Shown: in pieces, positions 12,552-25,262 of the stretch | Position numbering within the stretch: position 1 is the stretch's first letter | How the letters are laid out: each line of letters opens with the position of its first letter | Assembly (NCBI RefSeq): GCF_001194135.2 | Contig: NC_068982.1 | Span: 61,498,867 to 61,562,866 of the forward strand | From: Octopus bimaculoides | Lineage: Eukaryota | Reading direction: 5' to 3' | Length of the DNA stretch: 64,000 nucleotides | Made by a program: the position numbers and the translations under genes | Notes under the pieces: generated by a model | The model's input: only the letters and a program-made list of their open reading frames with translations | Told to the model about the DNA's origin: nothing | Database searches by the model: none

Positions 12552-15166
12552 GTATTTTTTGTAATTGTTTGAAATCTGCACTTCTGATAATATTCAAAAT
12601 CCAGGGAAGTGAACCCAAAGTTAACCATCAGAAGAAATATACCATGATTGTTAATACTAAGTCATCACTGACACTTATTACAACTTGATGTGCTTAGCCA
12701 TAACCTGGAATATACTTGAGAGCTAACTCTGTACCTGCCTGGATAATTTTATCCCTATACACTCACATTATACATACATACATACATATATATATATGTA
12801 TATATGACATAATTTCCATCTACAAAATCCACTCACAAGACTTTGGTTGGCCCAAGGCTATAGTAGAAGACACTAACCCCAAGGTGCCATACAGTGGGAC
12901 TGAATCTGGAATCTGTGACAGACTCCTTACATCAAAGACACAATGATATTAACATTATGATGATGCAGCCAGCTTTCAATTAAGGCACAAGGATCAGAGG
13001 TGACAATAAACAATTCATAACAGATAACTTTCTATAACATCTGTAATGTAATTCTATTCACTTCTCCACTTCATGGTTCTAAATACCTCCTATAATACAG
13101 TTTTGGCCACAACACCTTCATGGCTATCAATGTTCCCCTAGGAAGTAGTATGTGACACTTTGGGAACTCCTGTTTGACATGGTCACTGAACCTGCTAGAA
13201 ACAGCAGCTAAATCGCTCTCGCATCACACCTTTCTGCTTTAAAGAAAATGGAAGGTACACAAAGACAACATAGTAATATGTCTTTATAAAGATAGAATGG
13301 TTGTAAATCTATTTAATCTGAGCTGTTTTGTGGCTAAACAGCAGCAACAAAGAACAAACAAAATTATTTTAAAAATTTTATTACCTTCTGTTGGAAGCTA
13401 ATGCAGACTCTAGTTGTTGGCTCCTTTTTATACCTAATACTAATCTAGAATGAGTGAGAGCAGATGAAATAAGAAAGCATTTGGTTACATGAGATATCAG
13501 CAGATATAATCAAAATAAAAAAAAAATTGCTCCTGTTTGCACAAGTGATATGAATAGAAGGTATCAGTTTATCAACTTTGTGAATCAGTGTTGAGAGATA
13601 GCAGGAGAATGTTTCCATAGCAGAGGCAAACCATTGACTTCCTGATACAAAAACAGTCAGCTTCACAGAGGAGAGAAAAATATGGAAGATTGGTATAGTG
13701 AAAGTGCTTGTGAGCTATGCCCTGCTTACAAAATCTGAAGTTAATACTTTTTATAGCAATCCAGCTGAAACCACCTCTGGCTCTGTAGTACAGATGTCTT
13801 GTTTTCAAAAGTTCTGAATTAAAATCTTCTACCAAACCTTAGTCACAATTTATCATTAGCTTAATAACTAAGTTATTTTACTAAATTCTTTGTTATATTT
13901 AAAATTAATTGAAAGAAACACAGAACATCTCAACAGAAATATGTTAACAAAAGGGTTAAATCAGTGATAAGGTTAAGTCTGCATTTGTAATTCATATATT
14001 GTTTAGCAACAAGTCAGCTCTAACTGAGGGAAACTATGATCAAAGGTTTTGCCAGCAGTGACTCTCCCTTCTGTTTTGTAAAGTATAATGTATCTAGAAC
14101 AACGTTATCCAATGTGTCTTTCCTTTTTATGATACGGTACATATTTCTTATCAGCTCATATATATAGAAAGAGAAGGAGAAGAGAGAAGAGGCTGCACAG
14201 TAAAATGCACCTAGTCTATATTATAAAGTGACTGGTGATAGGAAATACACCCAACCACAGACACCATGAAATAAATTGGAATAACAAAGGAGACATGAAC
14301 TTCACAAGCCATATTGCATCTTTCCACCGAAGAAAGCAACTCTAAAAGGTACAACTCTGATACAGGGTAGAGGGTACTCTTTAGTCCGGCCACAAATAAT
14401 TTCTCTAATGCTAGTGGCGTAATGTAATGCATTGATTATATGTTGTAATATGTACTCAACAACAGAATTAGCTGGCTTTCTTTATTGATTTCAAATTTTG
14501 GCACAAGGCCAGCAATTTTATGGGAGGGGATAAGTTGATTACATTGACCCCAGTGCTCAACAGGTACTTATTTTATTGACCAGGAAAGAATTAAAGGCAA
14601 AGTCAACCTGTTAAGCATTTTGCCCAGTGTTCTAACAATTCTGCCAGCTTGCTACCTTGCTGGTTTTCTATATTGCAGTGTGTTCAGCATGATGAAGTAA
14701 CAAGATACTGAGACCATCAAATACCTGCAAGCATGGAAAAATATGAATAAAATAATGATGACAATAGAGAGAGGATGAGAGTAGAGATAAGTGTCTAACA
14801 AGTTTTTATTTTGGTGGGAAAATTATCTGGATATGCTTCTTTCTTCATTACAGTGATTAATTCCCTCATTGCAGTTCTGCTATGTTGTTTAAGACAACAC
14901 AAAAGTTAGTAATTTATTCTGCTAATAATTTCTTCTTTTCTACTGCAAAAATATGATAATCACCTTCTTGCCAACATTTTCATCACATTGAAATTTGATT
15001 CATTTTGATGAGCTCATCTGTTTTACTGTTCCAGAGTTTCTCAAACTTTTCCTCCCAACAAACCTTTTCATATCCATTACTGTTTTGTATGGTACCCCAT
15101 TGGTTATGATAACAAGGGTTCCAGTTGATCCAGTCAATGGAACAGCCTGCTTGTGAAATTAACATA

Positions 15167-15410
15167 CAAGTGGCTTAGCACTTCACAGATTCATATATCC
15201 TTAACATAGTTCTCAAGGAGATTCAGCATGACATAGAATGTGACAAGGCTGGCTCTTTGAAGTACAAGTATTGCTCATTTTTGCCAGTTGAGTAGACTGG
15301 AGCAACATGAAATAAAGTGTCTGGCTCAAGGACACAATGCACTGCCAGGTATCGAGCTCATGACCTTATAATTGTGAGCTGAATACCCTAACCACTAAGC
15401 CATGCACCTT
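15167..15410 (-). mobile_element. SINE family E (tRNA-like head at the right end)
   Basis: shares gaaataaagtgtcttgctcaagga...gaactc...ccctaaccactaagcc with partial copies at about 5300-5410, 16950-17110 and 51290-51530. Confidence 0.6.
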
Positions 15411-15689
15411 CATAGTGCTGGAATATACAAGGTGAAAACATGTAGAGTAAAATGTCCAGATACTATAAAATAGATAATAGATATGTTTTTTGGTAATAAT
15501 TTAACCCTTTAGCATTTAAACTGGCCATATCTGGCCCAAATTATTTTACTTGTTTCATGTGACAGATTCCTTACATCAAAGACACAATGATATTAACATT
15601 ATGATGGTGCAGCCAGATTTCAATTAAGACACCAGGACCAGAGATGACAATAAGCAATCTATGACGAATACCTTTCTATAACATATCAT

Positions 15690-16845
15690 CATCATTTGAC
15701 ATCCGTTGTCCATGCTGGCATGGGTTGGATGGTTTGACCAGGGCTGGCAAGATGGAAGGCTGGTGTGGCATGGTTTCTATGGCTTGATGGCCTTCCTAAT
15801 GCCAACCACTCCGATAGTATAACGGGTGCTTTTACGCACCACTGGCATAGGTGCCATCTGTGTGACACCAGTATCTGCCATTACTGTGATTTTACTTGGC
15901 TTGATGGGTCGTCTTCTCAAGCATGACATAATGCCAAAGGTTTTGGTCATTCGTCATTGCTTCTGTGAGGTCCCACACTTGAAAGGAGCTTTTCATGTCC
16001 CACCAGCATCAGCCACTTTGTCTCCGTGAGGTCCAATGTTCAACAGGTGCCTTTTACGTGCCAGTTATGTAACACCAGCATTGGCCACAACTATGATTTC
16101 ACTTGGCTTCATGGGTCTTCTCAAGCATTGCATATCACCAAAGATCTCGGTCACTATTCATTGCCTCTGTGAAGCCCAAAGTTTGAAGATCATGCGTCAC
16201 CACCTCATCCCATGTCTTCCTGGGTCTACCTCTACCACAGGTTCCCTCCACATTTAGAGATCAGCACTTCTTTACACAGCTGTCCTCATCCATATGTATC
16301 ACATGACCATATCAGCGCAGTCACCTCTCTTGTACACCACACCTGATGCTTCTTATGCCCAACTTTTCTCTCAAGCGGCTTACACCTACTCGTACATGCA
16401 CACTGACATAGCACATCCAGCGAAGCATACTAGCTTCATTTCTTTTTAAGCTTACACATGTTTTAGGCTGTCACAGCCCATGTTTCACTGCCATGTAGCA
16501 TAGCTGTTCACACACAAGCATCATACAATTTGTCTTTCACTCTGAGGAAGAGACCCTTTGTTGCCAGCAAAGGTAGGAGCTTTATGAACTTTGCCCAGCC
16601 TATTCTTATTCTCACAGCTATACTCTCAGAGCATCCACTTCCACTACGAACTTGGTCACCTAGATAACAGAAGCTATCTACTACCTCTAACTTACCCCAC
16701 TGACAGTCGATGGAATCTATTTTCTGTACATTTTCAGTGTTTATTGCACATGTGCATCTTTCACACACAAAAGCTATCTTCCTTGTTAATCTTCCTCTGA
16801 TATTGCTGCACCTCTTATGTGTCCAGAGGGTACATCTTATAAATT
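15690..16845 (-). mobile_element. RTE-clade LINE 3' fragment (end of RT + 3' UTR)
   Basis: ORF 16508-16768(-) KLEVVDSFCYLGDQV...RIRIGWAKF.KLLPLL...LYDACV is a typical RTE RT C-terminal region; continues into a family C tail. Confidence 0.8.
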
Positions 16846-18459
16846 ACGCACCAGTTGCATACTGGGGTCGATCTAATCGACTGGCTTCCTCCCCCAAAAT
16901 TTCAGGCCTTGTGCCTAGAGTAGAAAAAAATATTCACCTGAAAGGGATGCCTATCTATCTCAGGGTTACTCATTTACAGCTAAGTGAACTGGTGTAACAT
17001 GAAATGAAGTGGTTTGCTCAAAAAACACAACACACTGCCTGTCTCGGGAATTGAAGCCATGATCTCCTGTTTGCGAATGCAACACCATAACTGTTAGGCT
17101 ACGTACATCGACTCAAGTACTAATATCATCCAATATGTCCTTCCTTTTTATGATATGACATGGATTTTCTGTTATCTCTAAACAACTGACTGTTCTCTCT
17201 CCCATAAAACAAATTATTTTCTGGCCTTGTGCCTATGTAAGAAATCAGTTTCATTTTATTTACTGTTACATTTTTAATGAGGTGAATCATCTTCACTCTT
17301 TTTAACAAGTAACTTAATTTTTGATACAGTTTTAGAGAGAAACATACTTGCATATCATTATGAATTAAGACTTACATAAAATTTGTTTCTGGTTATAAAT
17401 ATTCATCATCATCATTGTTTAACGTCCGCTTTCCATGCTAGCATGGGTTGGACGATTTGACTGAGGACTGGCGAACCAGATGGCTACACCAGGTTCCAAT
17501 CTGACTTGGCAGAGTTTCTACAGCTGGATGCCCTTCCTAACGCCAACCACTCCGAGAGTGTAGTGGGTGCTTTTACGTGCCACCGGCACGAAGGCCAGTC
17601 AGGCAGTACAGGCAACGGCCATGCTCAAAATGGTGCATTTTATGTGCCACCTGCACAGGAGCCAGTCCAGCGGTACTGGCAACGATCTTGCTCGAATGTT
17701 TTTTCACATGCAACCAGCACAAGTGCCAGTAAGGCGGCGCTGGTAACGATCATGCTCAAATGGTGCTATTTACATGCCACTGGCATGGAAGCCAGACAGC
17801 TGCTCTGGCAATGATCATGCTCGGACGGTGAGAACCATTATTCTTATTCACAATGATCAGTGGCAGGAACAATGAAAGGCTCTCCACACAGTTTCTAAAC
17901 ACACATAATTTGTGTTTAGTGAGTTGTAATGACTTCAAAATTCCAGTATTTTTGCAAGCCTTATATAATCCAATTTGAGAAACCCAGATCTAGTTTAACA
18001 TTTCATCTTTCACATAGTAATTTCACACCCACAAACAATCTCTTCTTATCAAATTATAAAAGAGGAATACAGAAACAGGATCTTGCTTTATTTACTAATC
18101 AACAAGTGTGTGTGTGTGTGTGTGTGTGTGTGCACGCGTGCATGTGTGTGCGTGTGTGTAATATAAATATTTTTATGAAGTAAATTAGATAAAATAAGTA
18201 TCTTAATCTATTGTATCATCTGAGCAGTCATCAAAGACTGTATCCTTTTGTAGTGTACCTAAAGCAAGTTAGATGCATGGAGTCCATTCCTTTCCAAGTT
18301 GAATTCATCAATTCAAGCATGATTAATATATATATATACATACACAAACTAAGGTTCTTATTCTTTCTTGGGTGCTAAAATTTGACCTGGCTCTTTATTT
18401 GATAGAACAAAAGAAACTAGCCGACAGGTAAGCCAGTTTATGAATGTCCTTTGAAAGCT

Positions 18460-19116
18460 GTAGATCCATTTCTCATCACATGTTACAATTCGATTCAAAA
18501 TTGATTCATTTTTGTGACGAGAGAGTAGCATAATGCAGGCTTCCAAACGTTACTTTTTCTGATTTTCATTGAGTTCATATGGAACCCACTTATCCAACTT
18601 TTTCACTTTACCGATTTGAACTAGATGAGTCGATATTGTTTGCTTGCTAACACCAAACAACAACAATAATTCACGGGCACTTTGAGATAGATCTGACTCG
18701 ACGGTGGCTTTCAGTTTGTCATTATCCACCTTGTTTCTGGTCGACCATGCTGCTCATTTGTGAGCTCAAAGTTACCAGAATGAAATTTTGTAAACCAATT
18801 TGATACTATCTGCTGTGTAATAACATTAGAATGAAATACTCCATTAATATTCCGAACTGTCTGTGATGCTGTGTTTCCAAGAAAGAACTCATATTTCAAA
18901 ACTGTACAAATTTCCGACTTATCCGTCTCTAAACAAAAAGAGCAAAAAACTATTTATATATACTTTATAAAGTATAAAATGAGTTAGAATAAAGAAATAG
19001 ATGTGTCAGCTTTCTAACAAAAAATAAAGATTATCAAAATATAATAATGGCGCAAAATGAGCAGCTGTCAAAGTTTACTGTATACCTTACTACAAATTTC
19101 ATACTTGACGACCTAA
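18460..19116 (-). mobile_element. 5' half of a mariner (Tc1/mariner) transposon, degenerate
   Basis: YEF..GNTASQTVRNINGVF...WFTKFHSGNFELTNEQHGRP (HTH) and LNRIVTCDEKWIY (first catalytic D); one TIR TA-ttaggtcgtcaagtatgaaattt at about 19095-19118; left end truncated. Confidence 0.85.
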
Positions 19117-20989
19117 TATATATGGGGTGGGTGTATAATCCTATGTAGCAGGTATGCAAACATGGCAAATTTAACTAATTCTCCATAGATTGGAAACAAT
19201 GAGTAACTGCCTTAATCAATTTTTGAACCTTATTCAATTCCCATCAGCGGTATTACTATATTACTTGTATATAAATAGACTGGCAACTTGTTTCTCTAAG
19301 CAAGTAGTCAGTCTGTTTATATACACAACAAATTCAGTAGCTACAGAGAACTCATGTTGCTAATTTGCATACTATAAGTATTTAACATTTTATATTCATC
19401 TAAGAATCTATGAGTCAAAAATAACAGGCATCATTTGTTTGCCAATACAATACAATATTATGGATTAATTTCAGCCAATTTCGCCAATCTGTTTCAGACA
19501 TGAGAGTTTGGAAAAGCTTAGTTTTTTCATACCACTTTATAATGATATTCACAAACTGAATGTCACACTTTCTGACTTCCAGTGGCAAAGAGCCATTACC
19601 CTACTTTTCCTAACAGTCTTTCTGATGATTGGTTTCACCTAACTCTCGTGTGTAAAAACAATTGGTAAAATCAACTAAAATGGATATAATATTGCACTGT
19701 ATAAATATTGATACATACATAACGTACATACATACACACATCATACGTACATACATACATACACACATCATCATTTGAAGTCCATTTTCCATGCTGGCAT
19801 GGGTTGGATGGTTTGGTAGGAACAGGCAAGTCAGAAGACTAAGTGTTGCTTTCTGTTTTTGACATAGTTTCTACTGTTGGATCCCCTTCCTAATGCCAAC
19901 CATTTTACAGAGTGTACTGGGGAGCTTTTTATAAGGCACCAGCAACAGTGAAGTCACCAAGAAATTTGCAGGACAAGACCTCCCAACTGGGGAGGAAAGT
20001 ATTTTTAAGGGACAGAAAAGGTGTCTTGCATTAGAAAAGAGACATGGCTTCCTCAGATATGAGTGTGTATGCGTTTTGCGTCTTCTTGTCTTGACATTGC
20101 ATAATAGTTGTAAATAAGTATCACAGTCAGACAAGCAATGTCATTCATTTCCAATAGTCTATGAAAATATGTCTGGTAATGTGTAGCTAAACTCGATGAA
20201 ACATTGTCCCATTTATGAGCATTATGTTGTATTGTAGCTTATGTGGACTTGGTTTATTTGAGAATTAAGTGCCTGGACCATAGACTTAGTGCATTTACAC
20301 TGCCAAGACAGAGATCACCAACTCTCCAGCTGCTAATCCAACATGCAAATTAACATGGCTTTCTACAATTCCTTGATATGTATAATACTGTTGTTGAATG
20401 TAAGTGGTGATCTTAATAGAGTTGAATTAGGTAAACTGAATATGTTGTAGTTTTAAGATATCAGGATATATGATAAAGGATTATCAACTCTTCTGAATTA
20501 GCAACATATTATTACATTATAAAGAGAGAGGGAAAACACTATAACCTATTTTATAGTAAGATAGCTGAGCCACATAGGAAATACTTCTGATATAGCTGAA
20601 AAGCTGATAAACTACTTGTTCCACACTCAAGTGATAAAAATAAACTCACACATCAAATGCTTTGCTTTCTTTTATAGTTGCCAGAGAAAAGGAGAAATGG
20701 AAGTTGTGATTTCAGTACCTTTTTAATGGTATTAACAAGTGAAATGCAATAGCTAGGGCCAAAAGCTGAAACAAATATGTCACAAATTCATTGAGAGCTT
20801 TAGTGTAACATGTGGTTGCATAGTTTAAATTATGACTGAAAATATTATATATGTTTAAAGTTTGTGAAGTTAAAGACCATGAAATGAAATCACCATAGTA
20901 TTGTGCTGCCAGACAAGATGCATAATTCTACTAATCTGTTTTCCTGGCCAGATTAACTGATGAGCAGCAAGAGAGTAACCAGTTGTAAA

Positions 20990-21060
20990 AATGATGACGA
21001 TGATGATGATAACAAGGACAGCAACAACAACAACAATGACAATGACAATGATGATGGTGG

Positions 21061-21101
<41 letters not shown>

Positions 21102-21145
21102 ATGATGATGATGATGATTATGATGATGACGACGACGACAATGAC
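20990..21145. repeat. (GAT)n/(AAC)n microsatellite
   Basis: direct reading; explains the poly-D, poly-M and poly-I ORFs in the track. Confidence 0.95.
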
Positions 21146-21344
21146 TGGCATCAAAGTTATCATTTATTCATATCTTTGTGATTTAAAACGAAGCTTCTTA
21201 TATAATTTGTTACATGAACTAAAGTACTGTATTTGATGGCATATAACATGCTCCTTTGTGTTTTTAAGAAAAAAACAATGGCTGAATAAATTGTCCTGCA
21301 TTTTATATGCAAAGTCGAGGCCCCTTGTTGCCCACTTTCTCCAG

Positions 21345-21680
21345 TTATAATTCCTGGCGGACTGATAGAACAATTGCATCTTTTAGGTGTATCTGAAAAT
21401 GAGTCTTTTAAGCAAAACATACAAGAACAAATGGATAAGAAATCCAGACCAAGACCTTATGCACACAAGAGGAATGATGTGATCCACTAATGTACAGGTG
21501 TAAGAGTGGATGAAGAAATCTAGAAATCTTGGGAAATGTAAGAAGGAAAATAATAAAGTTTTTGAAGTATGAAAGTAGTGACACTCTTCAAGGTATCAAA
21601 GAGGATGCATAATTTGGAGATAATGAAGTCAATTTTTCAATCTTTGATGATAAAGAATTCTTTGGGTTTGAAGATTATTA
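21345..21680 (+). mobile_element. pogo/Tigger-like transposase relic (C-terminal DDE region)
   Basis: VIIPGGLIEQLHLLGVSENESFKQNIQ (cf. pogo VIPGGLTxxLQPLDVxVNKPFK), then with stops KSWEM... and ending DDKEFFGFEDY*. Confidence 0.65.
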
Positions 21681-24273
21681 AAGTTTGTCTCCATTTCTCT
21701 CCACTGTCTTTTCGCTTATGTCCAACATTAGTGGTAGCTTGCTTTTTATAAAATGTTTTCTACTTTGTTTTCTCTGGTAATGTTATGCTACTGTAGGCTG
21801 TTCATGTATGATATTTTAATTGCAAGTGACCTGTTCATCTGTTGTGATTCTTTGCATATGTTCAACTGTAGTGTTAGCTTACTTTTTACATACAGTAATG
21901 CTTTCAGTTATAACTAAGATATCTTTGTTTTCTCTTGCAATGTTACATTATTACTGTAGGCTTCTCATACAGGATATTTTAATTGCAAATGACCTGCTCA
22001 ACTGTTGTAATTTCCTGCTTTATGTTCAATTGTACTGGTAGCTTGCTTTTTAGGTACATTAATGTTTTCTGCTATAGCTTAGCAGCTTCTGTTTTCTCTT
22101 TCAAATAACAGTATCATTATCATGAAAATAGTTTTTCCTGCTGTCCTAGTCACCTGTTTTTTTTTTTTTTTTCCTACTTTACACATTTCAATAAGTATTA
22201 AAATGCTTTAATACTCTATAAACTTTTTCCTACACTTTCCCTGCTGAAATGGGTGCATTTTCATGCCCATTTCCTAATATGCCATCAAATATTGTATATA
22301 TGATTACGTTCAGGTTTTTCAGATTGCTATTATTCTCATACCAACTGCAGTGTGTTACAAGTGGCAACAGACACATCCATTAATCGATATATTTTGCAGT
22401 GAAAATTATTTCTTTCTTTGCGGTTCAAATAATACATTATCTACCACAGCGATCAAGTTGTGGTAACTCTTAATTATTGAAGGATCCTTCACAACAAACT
22501 CTTATACACATAGTTCAACACTGAGAGACATTCTGTGAAATAGTGACAGCATACAAAAGCACAGAACTGTTTTCAGTGACTATCAATCATTTCAAAGTTA
22601 CATGAGATATTACAACTCTCTCTTGAGCTTGTTTTTACCATTACAGTTAAATACTTGTTTTCAAGTATAAAGTGACATATGTGTCAGTTAAGAAATCAAA
22701 TAAATGAACAAATATAACCCTTAATATTGAAGAAAAATCATTCATTGAAAACATACAAATATTTAAATTCTTTCGACTGAGACTTTGACAATGCAACCTC
22801 AATATTTCTACTTCTCTCAAGACAGTGAGCTGGCAAAATGCTTAGCAGTTTTTTGTCCATATTTATGTTCTGAGTTCGAATTCCACCAAGGCCAACTTTG
22901 CCTTTAATTCTTTCAGAGCCAATAAAATAAGTACCAGTTGAACACTGGAGTTTCATGTAATCAACTTATCTCTCTTTCTGTATGTATCCTTGTTTTAACA
23001 TCTCTTTTCCCTATGCTTGCATGGGTCACAGTGGGGCAGAGTTTTCTATAGTTGGATACCCTTCGCATCACCAACTCATATTTGTTTCCCAGTCTATCAA
23101 ACAACAAACAGTCTAGACATGATTCTGAGGAGAACTGCAAATAAATGGCACCATTTCAACGAGCCTTTTGCTTACAAAGATCACACAATGTGTCAAGATA
23201 TGTTAAGAGGCCCAGACATGCTTTCATGGTGAACTGCAAGCAAATGATACCATCAGTGAGGGCATTGTATACGAGCAGTAAACATACGTTAAGATGATAG
23301 AAATACAAATTACTCAAACACACACAAGCACATAAACATGCATGCATACATACATGTGTGTGGGTGTGGGTATGTTTATGCACGTGTATGTTCTGAGGCT
23401 GAGCAGAGAGGAAAAGGGTTTATGGGCCACAAAGATGAAGATAGAGCAATGGCATCAAGGACTGGATGGTGAGAACTTTAGCAGAGTGAATGTGACCATT
23501 GTGTGTAGTGAGAAGGAATGAGTGTATTTGAGGTTCCCAACCTTCAGTCATAAAGAAGAAAGTGAACATATTCATTCATATATATAAATCTTTACTTCAT
23601 TGAAGATTGATATATACAAAGATGAATACAAATGAAAGGAGAAGAACAATCCTTGTCATAAATACAATGGATAGTACTAAACTTTAAGTGACTATAAACC
23701 TTCACCCTATACTTCACATTGAGCAATAAAAAGTTACTCCTTATCCAAGAAAAAAAATATAAAAAGATAACTATGCTGCTATACATAATAAAAAAGTGTC
23801 ACATGAATGACAATAAATAAAAAATCAGAAATATTTCTCTGGAAACAATTAAAAGTGAATATGAAGAAGCTGAAATCGGTAATTAAAGTTACAAAACAAT
23901 CATTTTGTTGAAATATATGCACTTTTTTTCTGGTTTTCAATGCATAGAAATCGGTTGATGTGAATACAGAAGAAAGTGTCTCTGTTGAAGACAAGACAAA
24001 TATAAACATGTTTTTGACAGGTATACAAAAGAAGCATATACATCAACTTTAGTATAGCAGATGTGTAGTAAATAAAGTTAAGAAATAAAAGACATATGAG
24101 CATTGTGTCCAGAGATATAATGAAGGCTAAGGAGACAAAGGTAGAGTAAAGGGCTTAACCATTGAGGTTGGTAGTCATGTGAGGATTATATACACACATA
24201 TACAAACATACAATATATGTGAATGTATATATGTATATTTGTATGTAAGTACAGAAACAAGTGTGTATGGAAC

Positions 24274-24308
<35 letters not shown>

Positions 24309-24343
24309 TGTAAATGTAAAAATAAAAACAAAACACAAAGGAT

Positions 24344-24423
24344 TCTGCGGTACACGTGTTTCAAGCTTTATAGTTGTTACATCAGTGTATAATTGACAGT
24401 ATAAAGCTATCTTCAGCCGCAAA
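24344..24423 (-). ncRNA. Type I hammerhead ribozyme fold
   Basis: minus strand: uuugcgg CUGAAGA u agcuuuaua [27 nt] uauaaagcu u GAAAC acgu GUA ccgcaga; stem I 7 bp (one G.U), stem II 9 bp, palindromic stem III ACACGUGU, predicted cleavage after GUA between 24351 and 24350. Confidence 0.8.
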
Positions 24424-24494
24424 TGTATTCTTTCCCAAGAATTATATCACATAGAAGTTAAAGGAGGAAGAAAACTTCTATGTGATATAATTCT

Positions 24495-24519
24495 NNNNNN
24501 NNNNNNNNNNNNNNNNNNN
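24495..24519. other. Assembly gap (25 N)
   Basis: run of N. Confidence 1.
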
Positions 24520-24673
24520 ACTGATGTAACAACTATAAAGCTTGAAACACGTGTACCGCAGAATCTTTTGTGTTTTTGTTTTTATTTTTACATTTACAAT
24601 TTATTCATTCACCCCGACCACGAGCTGGCATACACAGGTGCTTACAATTATCAAGTATTACCTCTAACATTTA

Positions 24674-24705
<32 letters not shown>

Positions 24706-24707
<2 letters not shown>

Positions 24708-25262
24708 ATGTTATGGACATATTATGAAAGACATTTCAAATTGTTAGAATGGTTCCACCAAAAATGCCTTCATCATATTTTAAACATTAAATGGAGCTCT
24801 TTTACTTCAAACACAGATGTCCTTATGTCTGCAGGCATCACTTCAATTAAAGCAATGATTCTGTAAAACCAAATGAAATGGTCTGGCCATATTGTTTGAA
24901 TGGCGGATGAATACACACCCAAACAGCTGTTTTATGGTGAGCTTGCAGAGGGAAATGCTATCAGTGTAAACCTAAATAAGAGTTTTAAGGTCGGCATAAG
25001 GACTGCCATGAAATCACTTAGAATGGATCAAGAGGACATAGAAACCCTTGCTTCGAATCAAACTGGATTGCAAAGAAAAGTGTGGAGTGGAGTGAAAGCA
25101 TTTGAAGAGGCCAGGATAATGCATGCAAGACTCAAGAGAGATTTAAAGAAGAATGTTACAATTGAGAAGGCGGATTACAATGACCTTTTTGTGTGTACAG
25201 TCTGTGACAGACCATGCCTTTCTTTTGCTGGGTTCAAATCTCATTTTGCTCCAGTTCACTCA
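24706..25262 (+). mobile_element. RTE/BovB-like LINE 3' fragment
   Basis: FHQKCLHHILNIKW...SNTDVL...MKWSGHIV*MADEYTPKQLFYGELAEG, then C-terminal CTVCDRPCLSFAGFKSH zinc knuckle (ORF 24900-25283). Confidence 0.85.

Larger units (their letters stand above)
24303..24678. mobile_element. Inverted-repeat element, probably a Penelope-like pseudo-LTR pair, lying between (TA)n tracts
   Basis: 24303-24386 is the reverse complement of 24520-24604 (1 substitution, 1 indel); perfect 22-bp central stem 24438-24459/24473-24494; carries a hammerhead core. The Penelope assignment is inferred, as no RT/GIY-YIG ORF is seen. Confidence 0.6.

Noticed and set aside
20870-21236. Poly-Ile, poly-Asp and poly-Met ORFs
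   Set aside because: They are translations of a (GAT)n microsatellite.
23948-24020. Possible + strand exon KSVDVNTEESVSVEDKTNINMFLT, phase-compatible with an acceptor at 29097 (GGDKIK*)
   Set aside because: No recognisable homology, no upstream chain, weak donor (gtatac); AT-rich chance is likely.
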